From assembly GCA_011605725.1 (NCBI GenBank), contig JAAOZP010000011.1, positions 64,001-128,000 on the forward strand: DNA of 64,000 bases, in the 5' to 3' direction. Origin of the DNA: Nitrososphaerota archaeon. GTDB taxonomy: Archaea; Thermoproteota; EX4484-205; JAAOZP01. A program made the position numbers and the translations under genes. This document shows positions 37,897 to 46,415 of this stretch, in pieces. Each line of letters starts with the position of its first letter. Within the stretch, counting starts at the first letter, position 1. The notes under the pieces are model-generated. The model was given only the letters and a program-made list of their open reading frames with translations. It had not been told where the DNA came from and made no database searches.

Positions 37897-38274
37897 CTAT
37901 TCTATACCCCATTTAGCGGTGACTTTCATCATCAGGAAGATTACGAAGGCCACGGTCAGGAAAGTTATCAACGTTCCTGCGAAATGTCCTATTCTGAAGG
38001 GACCAGCCGTAATCTGCTCCCATGCAACGTCAGGCGTGGCAAACTCGATAATCGGCATTATCAGGTCGTTGACAAGTGCCTGCACTAATGCTCCGAGATA
38101 TAGGCCGAGTATGAAGGCGACAGCCATCCCCATAATCTTGTATTTCGAGATGAAGGCTTTAAACTCCTGCAGTAATCCTTTCGGCGCTGGCGGCGCGGGA
38201 GGAGCCGGTTTAGGCTCTAAAAGCTGTCTAATCTTCCTCAACTCCTCCACTATCTCATCCTCTCTAGACGTCAT
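37897..38274 (-). CDS. mscL: Large-conductance mechanosensitive channel MscL with atypical domain order
   Basis: EFKAFI, MAVAFILG, LVNDLIMPII, IGHFAGTLITFL.VAFVIF. Confidence 0.9.
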   Translation of the reverse strand: MTSREDEIVEELRKIRQLLEPKPAPPAPPAPKGLLQEFKAFISKYKIMGMAVAFILGLYLGALVQALVNDLIMPIIEFATPDVAWEQITAGPFRIGHFAGTLITFLTVAFVIFLMMKVTAKWGIE

Positions 38275-38375
38275 ACAGCATTATTGACTATTAAGAGTCC
38301 ATATAAGAATTTCCCGGGGATTATGGTTAAAGACGTTGAAACGCTTAAAAACAGATTCGGAGCCATGGTGACGGG

Positions 38376-39044
38376 TTGAAGATTGACCTGCATGTTCACA
38401 CTGTCTACTCAGATGGAAACGGAACTGTCAGGCAGGTTCTTGAGACTGCTAAAGCAAAGGGCTTAGACGGCTTAGCCATAACTGACCACGCTACTCTCCA
38501 AGGCTATTTTGAAGCTAAGAAATATTGTGGGGAAATACTTGTCCTACCGGGGTTTGAACTGAGCACGGATGCTGGCCACGTGCTGGTCATAGGCCTTGAA
38601 CATCTTCCACCTAGCAAGGATCGTTTAAACTACGAGTGGCTCGTTGAATGGGCTAGGGGTGAGGGTGGGTTAACTATTCTGGCTCATCCTGCTTTAAACA
38701 TAGGTAAGCTGGGAAGATGGGTTGATTGCAAAACTGATGCTGTTGAGGCTCTGAACGCTTCCTACCCTTTAAGCTTCTTCGTGAACAGGGGAGTGAAGAT
38801 CGCTAGTCGCCTTGGCATCCCAACAGTCGGAGGCAGCGACGCCCATTTTTCCATAAGCGTCGGAGACGCGCACACGGTTGTTGAAGCAGACAGCTTATGC
38901 TTCGAAGGTTTTTCAAGAGCTATTAGAAAAGGAAAAGTTGCTTTCGACGGCAGGCTTTCGCCATTCTCCTCCAGGGTAAGAATAGGGTTTAGATACTTGG
39001 CTTCGAGAACGTTTTTTAAAACCCTTTTTGAAAACAATCCTTAA
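38376..39044 (+). CDS. PHP-domain metal-dependent phosphoesterase
   Basis: DLHVHT.YSDG, AITDH, GH, AHP, GGSDAH. Confidence 0.9.
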   Translation: MKIDLHVHTVYSDGNGTVRQVLETAKAKGLDGLAITDHATLQGYFEAKKYCGEILVLPGFELSTDAGHVLVIGLEHLPPSKDRLNYEWLVEWARGEGGLTILAHPALNIGKLGRWVDCKTDAVEALNASYPLSFFVNRGVKIASRLGIPTVGGSDAHFSISVGDAHTVVEADSLCFEGFSRAIRKGKVAFDGRLSPFSSRVRIGFRYLASRTFFKTLFENNP

Positions 39045-39106
39045 CCGTATTTTCGCATTGGTTAATGCTTAATATGCTTCAGCAAGCTCTAATATGGAGC
39101 GTGACG

Positions 39107-40702
39107 ATGAAGGGTTTCGCCCTGGTTAACGGATGCATATATGTTTCGTTCAAGCCTACTTTAAGAGTTGAAGCTGCCCTTATACTTGGGAACAGGGTTG
39201 CACACGTGGGGAGTGAAACCGAGGTTCTGAGCAGGTCTAGGATGCTTGGGCTTGATACTTTAGACCTGAGGGGGAAGATTGTTCTCCCAGGCTTCATAGA
39301 TGCACACATGCATCTTGACTCTCTAGGTTCCTTTTTAAACAATCTTGACCTCAGGGGGGTTAGAAGCATAAGGGAGCTTAAGACTAGGCTTAGAAACTAT
39401 GCTGAAAAATGTGTAGCGCATTGGATCTTGGGGCGGGGCTGGGATCAGGAAATGCTGGAGGAAAAGCGCTACCCAACTAGGTGGGATGTTGACGAGGCTG
39501 TGGATGACAAGCCTGTGGTTCTCAACAGGATATGCGGCCATGTTGCAGTGGTTAACTCTAAGGCTCTCGAGTTAACAGGATTGATAGGGGGAGGAGTAAC
39601 CGGTGTTTTGAAGGATGAGGCTGGTTCTCCAACCGGGGTCTTGGTTGGAGAAGCCTTGGAGATTGTCAGAAGCATGGTTGAAGAGCAGACGGGTTTCGAA
39701 GAGCGGAGAAAACGCTTGACGGATGCGCTTCTATACTCTGCTTCACAAGGCGTGACCACGGTAGGCTTCGTATCCTGTAGTCAAGAGAGCTTCAACACTC
39801 TAAGGGAGCTTGAGGCTGAGCTTGGACGCTTACCGGTTAGAGTAAGAGTATATTTGAATCCTATGGAGGCGAGGGGAAGGAGGTTTCAAGCTTTTAAACA
39901 TTTTTCACCATTCTTAAGGATTAACGGTTTCAAGCTTTTCGCCGACGGGTCCCTCGGGGCTAGGAGCGCGCTGCTTTCAAAACCGTACTCTGATTCTCCA
40001 GAAACCTCTGGCTGTGCAAGCATGGATGAGGCTTCGCTACGAATAATCGTTGAAGAAGCATGTGAAACAGGCATGCAAATTGTTGTTCACGCGATAGGCG
40101 ATAAGGCTGTGGAGAACACTCTTAATGCTTTTGAAGCAGTTGCCGAGTGCTCCAGGCGTCTGAGGCATCGGATTGACCATGCTTCAGTCTTGAGAAGCGA
40201 CCTTATAGAGAGGATGAGGAGGACAGGCGTAACAGTTGTTGTCCAGCCCCATTTCGTGATGACTGACTGGTGGGTTGTTAACAGGGTGGGAAGTGAAAGA
40301 GCAAGGTTTGTCTATCCTTTCAAGACCTTGGCTGAAAACGTTAAGCTTGGTTTAAGCACCGATTCTCCCGTGGAACCCCTAAACCCTTGGGAGACGGTTT
40401 ATGCTGCAATTACAAGAGGCAAGCATGAGGAGATTCCTCTCTACCAGCATACTGTCGACGAATGTTTAACGCTGGAGGATGCCCTCCACCTGTATACAGA
40501 GGGCTCTGCCTACGCTTTGCTTGAGGAGGGTGAATTGGGTTCTTTGAGGGAAGGCATGTTGGCTGACTTGATAATTGTTGATGAAGACCCTTTTAATGTT
40601 CCGCCGGAAGAGGTTAAGAAAATAAGGGTTCTTGCTACATTCGTCGACGGCTGCTGCGTGTTTAACGCTGGGGGCCTGAATCAGAAGGCTTTGAGGGAAT
40701 GA
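39107..40702 (+). CDS. Amidohydrolase-3 family (YtcJ-like) metallohydrolase
   Basis: PGFIDAHMH, RICGH, KLFADGSLGARSA, HAIGD, HRIDHAS, STDSPVE, G.LADL. Confidence 0.9.
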   Translation: MKGFALVNGCIYVSFKPTLRVEAALILGNRVAHVGSETEVLSRSRMLGLDTLDLRGKIVLPGFIDAHMHLDSLGSFLNNLDLRGVRSIRELKTRLRNYAEKCVAHWILGRGWDQEMLEEKRYPTRWDVDEAVDDKPVVLNRICGHVAVVNSKALELTGLIGGGVTGVLKDEAGSPTGVLVGEALEIVRSMVEEQTGFEERRKRLTDALLYSASQGVTTVGFVSCSQESFNTLRELEAELGRLPVRVRVYLNPMEARGRRFQAFKHFSPFLRINGFKLFADGSLGARSALLSKPYSDSPETSGCASMDEASLRIIVEEACETGMQIVVHAIGDKAVENTLNAFEAVAECSRRLRHRIDHASVLRSDLIERMRRTGVTVVVQPHFVMTDWWVVNRVGSERARFVYPFKTLAENVKLGLSTDSPVEPLNPWETVYAAITRGKHEEIPLYQHTVDECLTLEDALHLYTEGSAYALLEEGELGSLREGMLADLIIVDEDPFNVPPEEVKKIRVLATFVDGCCVFNAGGLNQKALRE

Positions 40703-40811
40703 GTTTGGAAAAGCTTTGAACATTTTTAAAAAAAAATCGTTTAGTTAGGCATGAGCGAAAATTTTTTAAGAAAACCGTGGTGAACAATGTTAAACTTAAG
40801 GAAGGTTTAAA

Positions 40812-40829
40812 AAACACCTTATGGTGTTT
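40812..40829. promoter_or_regulatory. Inverted repeat AAACACC-ttat-GGTGTTT beside the TATA box of the hicB-like gene
   Basis: Perfect 7-bp arms adjoining TTTAAAAA (40806-40813), 17 nt before the ATG. Confidence 0.45.
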
Positions 40830-40846
40830 CAACGTGTGAGATACTG

Positions 40847-41098
40847 ATGAAACTGGTACAAGTGAAAATCTACAGGGGGGAAAGATACTATATTGCTGAA
40901 TGCGTTGATCTCCCACTATTTACTTACGGTAGGACTTTAGACGAGGTTGTCGAGAAAATGAGGGAGGCAGTGACCCCGCGCTTGAAAAACGATGGCTTGA
41001 ATGAGTGGGAGATGCCCCCTGACTTTTCAATACTGTTGAACCTGGAAATTCCATCTCCGGTTGAGAAACGGAGCACTGACCAGGCTCGGTTCAGCTAA
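40847..41098 (+). CDS. HicB-like antitoxin (UPF0150), no adjacent hicA
   Basis: YYIAEC.DLP.FT.GRTLDEVV...REAV motif. Confidence 0.75.
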   Translation: MKLVQVKIYRGERYYIAECVDLPLFTYGRTLDEVVEKMREAVTPRLKNDGLNEWEMPPDFSILLNLEIPSPVEKRSTDQARFS

Positions 41099-41165
41099 AC
41101 TACCCGGGGATTTGGCTGTTTAAAAGTTTCCGATAAAACTATTTAAGGTTTTAAGAGTGTGATGC

Positions 41166-41852
41166 CTAGCCTTGATTCGAAAGCCTCATCCTTACTTCTT
41201 CAAGATCCTTAAGCGTGTCTACAGACTTCCAGTACGCATCAGCCTCAAAATATCTCCTTAACAATCCTTCCTCAGCCAGCTTTGGAAAAACCAGTTTCTC
41301 CACATCGCCCTCATTATGCTCCAGAAACCTGTGTTTAAGCCCCGCGTCAATCAGGTAGATGCCTGCGTTAATATAGTGTGGCAGCATGGGCTTCTCCTCG
41401 AAACCGGTTATCGTCTCCCCAGAGACCTGGACAATGCCGTATGGCGACCTGAGAAGCGTTAAGGCTATGCTTACTGTACCAGGCTTCCATTCAGAAATCA
41501 TCCTGGAAATATTTATGTCCGTGACGATGTCGCCGTTCATCACAAGATACAGGTCTGAATCAACATTTTTCAAAAGACTGTTTATAGCGTAGAGCGTACC
41601 TCTAGGCTTATCCTCAATAATATAATGGATATGAATATCCTGCCAGTTCTCACCATATCTTTTAACCAGCTTTTCATGCTGGTATCCCGCCAACAGGTAG
41701 ACTTCGAAGATTTTAGCGTGCTTCATCTGCATTATAAGCCTGTCCAGAATCGTGAAGTTTCTACCTATCTCCAGCAGCGGCTTCGGAACACTGTCCGTCA
41801 GAGGCCTAAGCCTCTTTCCAAGGCCTCCGCAGAGCACTCCGCCCACTATCAT
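41166..41852 (-). CDS. Sugar-phosphate nucleotidyltransferase (NTP_transferase)
   Basis: LCGGLGKRLRPLT..VPKPLL, EDKPRGT, NGDI, FEEKP, INAGIY, W..VDT.KDL. Confidence 0.9.
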   Translation of the reverse strand: MIVGGVLCGGLGKRLRPLTDSVPKPLLEIGRNFTILDRLIMQMKHAKIFEVYLLAGYQHEKLVKRYGENWQDIHIHYIIEDKPRGTLYAINSLLKNVDSDLYLVMNGDIVTDINISRMISEWKPGTVSIALTLLRSPYGIVQVSGETITGFEEKPMLPHYINAGIYLIDAGLKHRFLEHNEGDVEKLVFPKLAEEGLLRRYFEADAYWKSVDTLKDLEEVRMRLSNQG

Positions 41853-41965
41853 TCTGAAGATTTGAGAGTGGGCGTGTGGTTAAAAACTTCTCTCCCCCGG
41901 ATTCTTGAAACCAGTGTTAGCTTCAGGCGAGCTGGACTCGCGTTCCGCGTTCTTAAAACCATATG

Positions 41966-41972
41966 TTTATAA
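41966..41972 (+). promoter_or_regulatory. TATA box TTTATAA, probable promoter of the 42090-49506 operon
   Basis: Best TATA in the divergent spacer; 22 nt before an ATG at 41995. Confidence 0.45.
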
Positions 41973-42089
41973 GGATTCTGGATTTTAGAAACACATGCGT
42001 GGAGTGAGGGAAAACAGGAAGACAAGAATACTCTGCAACCATTTTGCTCGAAAGCAGGCTTACCCGGAGGATTCTCCTCCTGATCCCCT

Positions 42090-43508
42090 TTGACGAGCAC
42101 AGGGCCTGCTTTTAAACCTGGCTACGCTCTCCCAAGTGAGGTTTTGGAGAAGCTCAGGAATCTGCTTGGCGAGAGGTTTTCAACGGGAGATGCTGACCTT
42201 CTCTCCTACAGTCACGATTACTGGCCAATATCTCTGCAATGGGTGCTTAAAGGGAGCTTCCCCTGGGTGCCCAGCGCTGTCGCTTGGCCGGAGAACACGT
42301 TTGAAGTCCAAGAAATCGTTAAGACTGCTTACGGGAACAGTATTCCGGTCTACGCCTTCGGCGGGGGCTCAGGGGTTCTGGGCGGGACTGTTCCCGAGAA
42401 GGGAGGAATAGTTGTAGACTTGAAGAGGATGCGCTCAATCCGGCTCAACGAGGAAGACATGGTTGTCGAGGCCGAGGCTGGGGTTAACGGTTACTACTTG
42501 GAGAAGTATTTGAACAGCAAGGGTTACACGCTCGGCCATATTCCTCAATCCATCTATGTTTCAACCCTGGGAGGGTGGATTGCTACTAAAGCGACTGGAC
42601 AGTTCTCAACCAAGTACGGCGGCATAGAGGATATGGTTCTGGGGCTTGAGGCAGTCCTGCCTTGGGGGAGTGCAGTAACACTGCCGCCACATCCTAGAAC
42701 ATCAACCGGTCCGGATTTGAGAAGACTCTTCATAGGAAGTGAGGGTGTTCTAGGTATAGTTACCAGGGCCTGGCTTAAAACATGCATACTCCCGGAGGAA
42801 AGGGTTCTCCTCTCCTATGTTTCAGAAACCTTTGAAGAGGCTCTTGAATCCGTCAGGAGAATACTCAAGAGGGGTGCTAAGCCAGCTGTAGTGAGGGTTT
42901 ACGACGAGGCTGAGACTAAAAGACACTTCTACATGTTTGAAGAAGCATACGGCAGGATCATGACCGTGATCGTGGTGGAGGGGGACTCTGGAATTGCTGG
43001 GGCTGAGCGCAGGATTGTGGAGGAGGAGTTCAGAGGAAGGATGCTTGGAGAGGAGCCTGTGAAACACTGGCTTGAAACAAGGTTCATGGTTAAAGAGGCT
43101 TCCGAGTTTGCTCCGCTAGGGGTTGTTTTCGACACTATAGAGGTTTCAGTAGGCTGGAGCAGGGCTATGAGCCTCTACCGGAGCCTTGTTGAAGCGGTGC
43201 GGGCTGTTAAGGGGACGCTCTTCGCATCCGCGCATGCTTCACACTTCTATCCTCAGGGCGTCTGCTTCTACTTTACTTTCGCCGGAGTGCCTAGGGGCAA
43301 CCCGGAGAAGTATTACAACGACGTGTGGGAAGCCGCGATGAAGACTACTCTTGAAAACGGCGGGTCGATAAGCCACCACCACGGCGTCGGCAGGCAGAGG
43401 AGAAGCTGGCTTAAGAATGAGCTTGGACCTGCCTTCAACCTTCTCAAAAAGGTTAAGACTGCTCTAGACGATAAGGGTGTGATGAACCCGGGGAACATGG
43501 GGTTGTAA
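42090..43508 (+). CDS. Alkyl-dihydroxyacetonephosphate synthase (AGPS)-like FAD-linked protein, VAO family
   Basis: FGGGSGV.GG, TLGHIPQS...STLGGWIAT..TGQFSTKYGGIED, PRTSTGPD, GSEGVLG, HASHFY....FYF, and the AGPS-type GGSISHHHGVG. Confidence 0.85.
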   Translation: MTSTGPAFKPGYALPSEVLEKLRNLLGERFSTGDADLLSYSHDYWPISLQWVLKGSFPWVPSAVAWPENTFEVQEIVKTAYGNSIPVYAFGGGSGVLGGTVPEKGGIVVDLKRMRSIRLNEEDMVVEAEAGVNGYYLEKYLNSKGYTLGHIPQSIYVSTLGGWIATKATGQFSTKYGGIEDMVLGLEAVLPWGSAVTLPPHPRTSTGPDLRRLFIGSEGVLGIVTRAWLKTCILPEERVLLSYVSETFEEALESVRRILKRGAKPAVVRVYDEAETKRHFYMFEEAYGRIMTVIVVEGDSGIAGAERRIVEEEFRGRMLGEEPVKHWLETRFMVKEASEFAPLGVVFDTIEVSVGWSRAMSLYRSLVEAVRAVKGTLFASAHASHFYPQGVCFYFTFAGVPRGNPEKYYNDVWEAAMKTTLENGGSISHHHGVGRQRRSWLKNELGPAFNLLKKVKTALDDKGVMNPGNMGL

Positions 43509-43509
43509 A

Positions 43510-44655
43510 ATGCCTGGGAAATGGGACTGGCTTAAGGATGAGCTGCGCGCATCCGGATTGGCTGGAGCCACCCCCCTCGTCATCAGGTTTATCAGCGGGA
43601 GGCTACGGGGGCCTGACGACCTTGTGAAGTGTGCCCTATGTCCAAACATGTGTCGCCACGCCTGTCCAGTGGGCATAGTTGACGGGAGGGAGACGACCTC
43701 GCCGGCTGGAAAGACTAGGGCGGCTCTCCTCCTGAGGCAGGGGAGGCTGCAGCCGACGCTGGAGAACGTTTCTCCGCTTTACACCTGCCTCTCGTGCAAC
43801 GCGTGCAGCGTCTGGTGTCCTTTCGGTTTTTCAGTCGCAGACCTTGTTAGGCCAGTTAAGGAGAAGGCTGCCGGCGGCGGAAGCATCTTCAAAGAGTTTA
43901 GAGAGGTTTTTGAAAACCTTGAGAAACACGGGTATGTATATGGAGAGCCTAAGCGTGAGGATTCAGGCTTGCACGGCGACCTGCTCTACTTAAGAGGCTG
44001 CACGCTGAGGGAGAAGCAGCCGGGCGTAGCTGAGAAGGCTGAGCATGTTTTAGAGGAGCTTGGCTACAGGCCTTTCACGATTGACGAGGCGTGCTGCGGC
44101 ATACCTGCCTACAACCTTGGGAACACTAGGCTCTTCAAGAGGGTTGCGGAGAAGCAGGCTGAGAAGATAAACTCTAGCGGCGCTGGAATAATCGTAGCCT
44201 CATGCCCATCCTGCGTATACGCTTACCGAGTCCTCTACCCTAAGCACGGGGTTAAGATTAATGCTGAAGTCAATCATATTGCAGAGTTCCTAGAGGACAG
44301 GCTGAAGGGTTTTAAAGGAGAAGGCAGGGTTGTTATCCACAACCCTTGTAAGCTAGCCTTTGCACTAGGGAAGCCCAAGGCCCTTTACAACACGCTCTCC
44401 AGCGTCGAGGGGCTCACCGTCAGGGAGCCGAGGAGAAGCGGAGGCGAAACATTCTGCTGCGGGTACGGTGGGAGTGCTGTTCCTCGTCTCAACCCTCAGC
44501 TGGCCCGCAGAATAGCCTTGGAGAGGGGGGTTGAGCTTACGGAGGAGGCTGAAACCATTGTCACAGCGTGCCCAACATGCAAGCTAGCTTTAGAGTCAAA
44601 CGGTTTCAAGGTTCTCGACGTAATGGAGCTTCTCCACTCTTTCACCAGTGGTTAA
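43510..44655 (+). CDS. Fe-S protein with two ferredoxin-type clusters and two CCG domains (GlpC/GlcF/HdrD-like)
   Basis: CALCPNMCRHACP, CLSCNACSVWCP, CCGIP...SCPSC, HNPC...CCGYGG...ACPTC. Confidence 0.88.
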   Translation: MPGKWDWLKDELRASGLAGATPLVIRFISGRLRGPDDLVKCALCPNMCRHACPVGIVDGRETTSPAGKTRAALLLRQGRLQPTLENVSPLYTCLSCNACSVWCPFGFSVADLVRPVKEKAAGGGSIFKEFREVFENLEKHGYVYGEPKREDSGLHGDLLYLRGCTLREKQPGVAEKAEHVLEELGYRPFTIDEACCGIPAYNLGNTRLFKRVAEKQAEKINSSGAGIIVASCPSCVYAYRVLYPKHGVKINAEVNHIAEFLEDRLKGFKGEGRVVIHNPCKLAFALGKPKALYNTLSSVEGLTVREPRRSGGETFCCGYGGSAVPRLNPQLARRIALERGVELTEEAETIVTACPTCKLALESNGFKVLDVMELLHSFTSG

Positions 44656-44657
44656 CA

Positions 44658-46415
44658 ATGTTCACGCTAGACGATAAAGTAGCAAGCGTTTTAAAAAAGT
44701 ATCCTTACAATATTTCCTTCAGAGTAAGGGATAACATTGTTTTCCTCCAGGGAGAGGTTGACAGCCACATGGAGTGGGTTGAAATAGGGCTTTCCATAGG
44801 CAGGATAAGAGGGGTTGAGGGGGTTGTGAATAAGATAACGTGGAGAGGCGCCTCAGGGAAGGAGGCTAGAGAGGAGTGGAGAAGAAGGGTTTTCGAAGAA
44901 AAGAGGAACGCTGTGGTCGGAGAGTACGACGTGGTCATAATAGGCGGGGGAGTCGTCGGAGCAGCCCTAGCTAGAGAGCTCTCGAAATACGAGCTTAAAA
45001 CAGCTCTCCTGGAGAAGTCTACGGATATTGCTGCCGGAACCACTAAGGCGAACAACGGCATGATTCACGCGGGCGTGGAGCCCTCCAGGGGTACTCTGAA
45101 AAGAATGCTTAACGTAAGGGGGAACGCTATGTACGGTAAGCTTGCTGAGGAACTGGGTTTCAGGTTTAACCGGCTGGGCAGCCTCTGGCTGGTCACTCCA
45201 AGGACGCTGGCGTCGTACAGGAAGTATCTGCCGGGTCTGCTTTACAACCTGGTGTTGAAACACGTTTTTCCCTGGGTGGTTAAGATTAAAGGCTTGGTGA
45301 ACGGGGTTAGGAGCATTAAAATCATAAGGGGCCGAAGGATTTTCGAGCTCGAGCCGTTCGCAACCAGGGATGCTGTGGCTGCAGTCTACATTCCTTCCAC
45401 GGCTGTAGTCGACCCGTATGAGGTGGCTGTTGCCCTCGCGGAAAACGCTGAGGCTAACGGTGTTGAGATTCATCTAGAGACTGAGGCCGTCGGCTTCATC
45501 AAGGATGGTAGTGTCATCAGGGGAGTCGTAACCAATAAGGGGGTTTTCCTATGCAGATACGTCGTAAACTCCGCAGGGCTTTACGCTGACGAGGTTGCTG
45601 CACTAGCCGGCTCAGAGGAGTACACTATCCACCCGAGGAAAGGAGTACTCCTGGTTTTTCACAGGGACACCGGGGTTTTCACCCGCCACTGTCTGGCTGA
45701 GATCATTCTCCCTCAGGATCCATACACCAAGGGTGGGGGTATAAACCCTACTGTCCACGGGAACGTGCTCTGGGGGCCGACGGCGGTCGAGGTCCCGGAT
45801 AAGGAGGACACGTCCGTTACAAGGGAGGAGATAGAGCATGTCTTGAACAAGTACTCAGGCATAGTTCCCGGGTTTCCGAGGGACAAGGTGATAAGGTATT
45901 TCGCAGGCGTAAGGGCGGCGACATTCACAGAGGACTTCGTCATAAGGCCTGCCAAATGGGTTAGGAACCTCCTACACGTAGCCGGAATACAGTCGCCCGG
46001 GCTCGCCGCCTCACCAGCCATAGCGGAATACGCTGTCGAGAAGCTGAGGGGAATGGGGCTGAGGCTCAAGCCGAAGACGGGCTTCAACCCCAGAAGGAGG
46101 CCAATGCCGAGGGCAGCCGACATGAGCCTTGAGGAGCTTGAGGAGAAGATAAGGATGGACCCCGCGTGGGGCAGGATCGTGTGCACCTGCGAATTCGTCT
46201 CAGAAGCTGAGATCGTGGAGGCTGTTCGAAGAGGCGCTAAGACCCTCGACGCTGTGAAGAGGCGTACTAGGGCAGGGATGGGGGAGTGTCAAGGGAGCTT
46301 CTGCACGCTTGAAACAGCTCTCATCCTGTCTAGGGAGACAGGCGTGCCTTTGGACATGCTTCTTAAGGAGGAGGGTAGGCTGTTCAACGGCTACGTCAGG
46401 GGTGAGCAGCCGTGA
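44658..46415 (+). CDS. FAD-dependent glycerol-3-phosphate dehydrogenase-like protein (GlpA/LhgO family) with an N-terminal BON domain and a C-terminal BFD-like [2Fe-2S] domain
   Basis: BON-like VFLQGEV...GVEGVVNKI; IGGGVVG, TTKANNGMIHAG, PRKG, TKGG, GIQSPGLAASPAIA; IVCTCE...RTRAGMGECQGSFC. ATG at 44658. Confidence 0.85.
   Translation: MFTLDDKVASVLKKYPYNISFRVRDNIVFLQGEVDSHMEWVEIGLSIGRIRGVEGVVNKITWRGASGKEAREEWRRRVFEEKRNAVVGEYDVVIIGGGVVGAALARELSKYELKTALLEKSTDIAAGTTKANNGMIHAGVEPSRGTLKRMLNVRGNAMYGKLAEELGFRFNRLGSLWLVTPRTLASYRKYLPGLLYNLVLKHVFPWVVKIKGLVNGVRSIKIIRGRRIFELEPFATRDAVAAVYIPSTAVVDPYEVAVALAENAEANGVEIHLETEAVGFIKDGSVIRGVVTNKGVFLCRYVVNSAGLYADEVAALAGSEEYTIHPRKGVLLVFHRDTGVFTRHCLAEIILPQDPYTKGGGINPTVHGNVLWGPTAVEVPDKEDTSVTREEIEHVLNKYSGIVPGFPRDKVIRYFAGVRAATFTEDFVIRPAKWVRNLLHVAGIQSPGLAASPAIAEYAVEKLRGMGLRLKPKTGFNPRRRPMPRAADMSLEELEEKIRMDPAWGRIVCTCEFVSEAEIVEAVRRGAKTLDAVKRRTRAGMGECQGSFCTLETALILSRETGVPLDMLLKEEGRLFNGYVRGEQP

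Noticed and set aside
44568-44657. Longer start for the GlpA-like ORF
   Set aside because: It overlaps the CCG gene; ATG 44658 lies 2 nt after that gene's stop and begins the BON domain.
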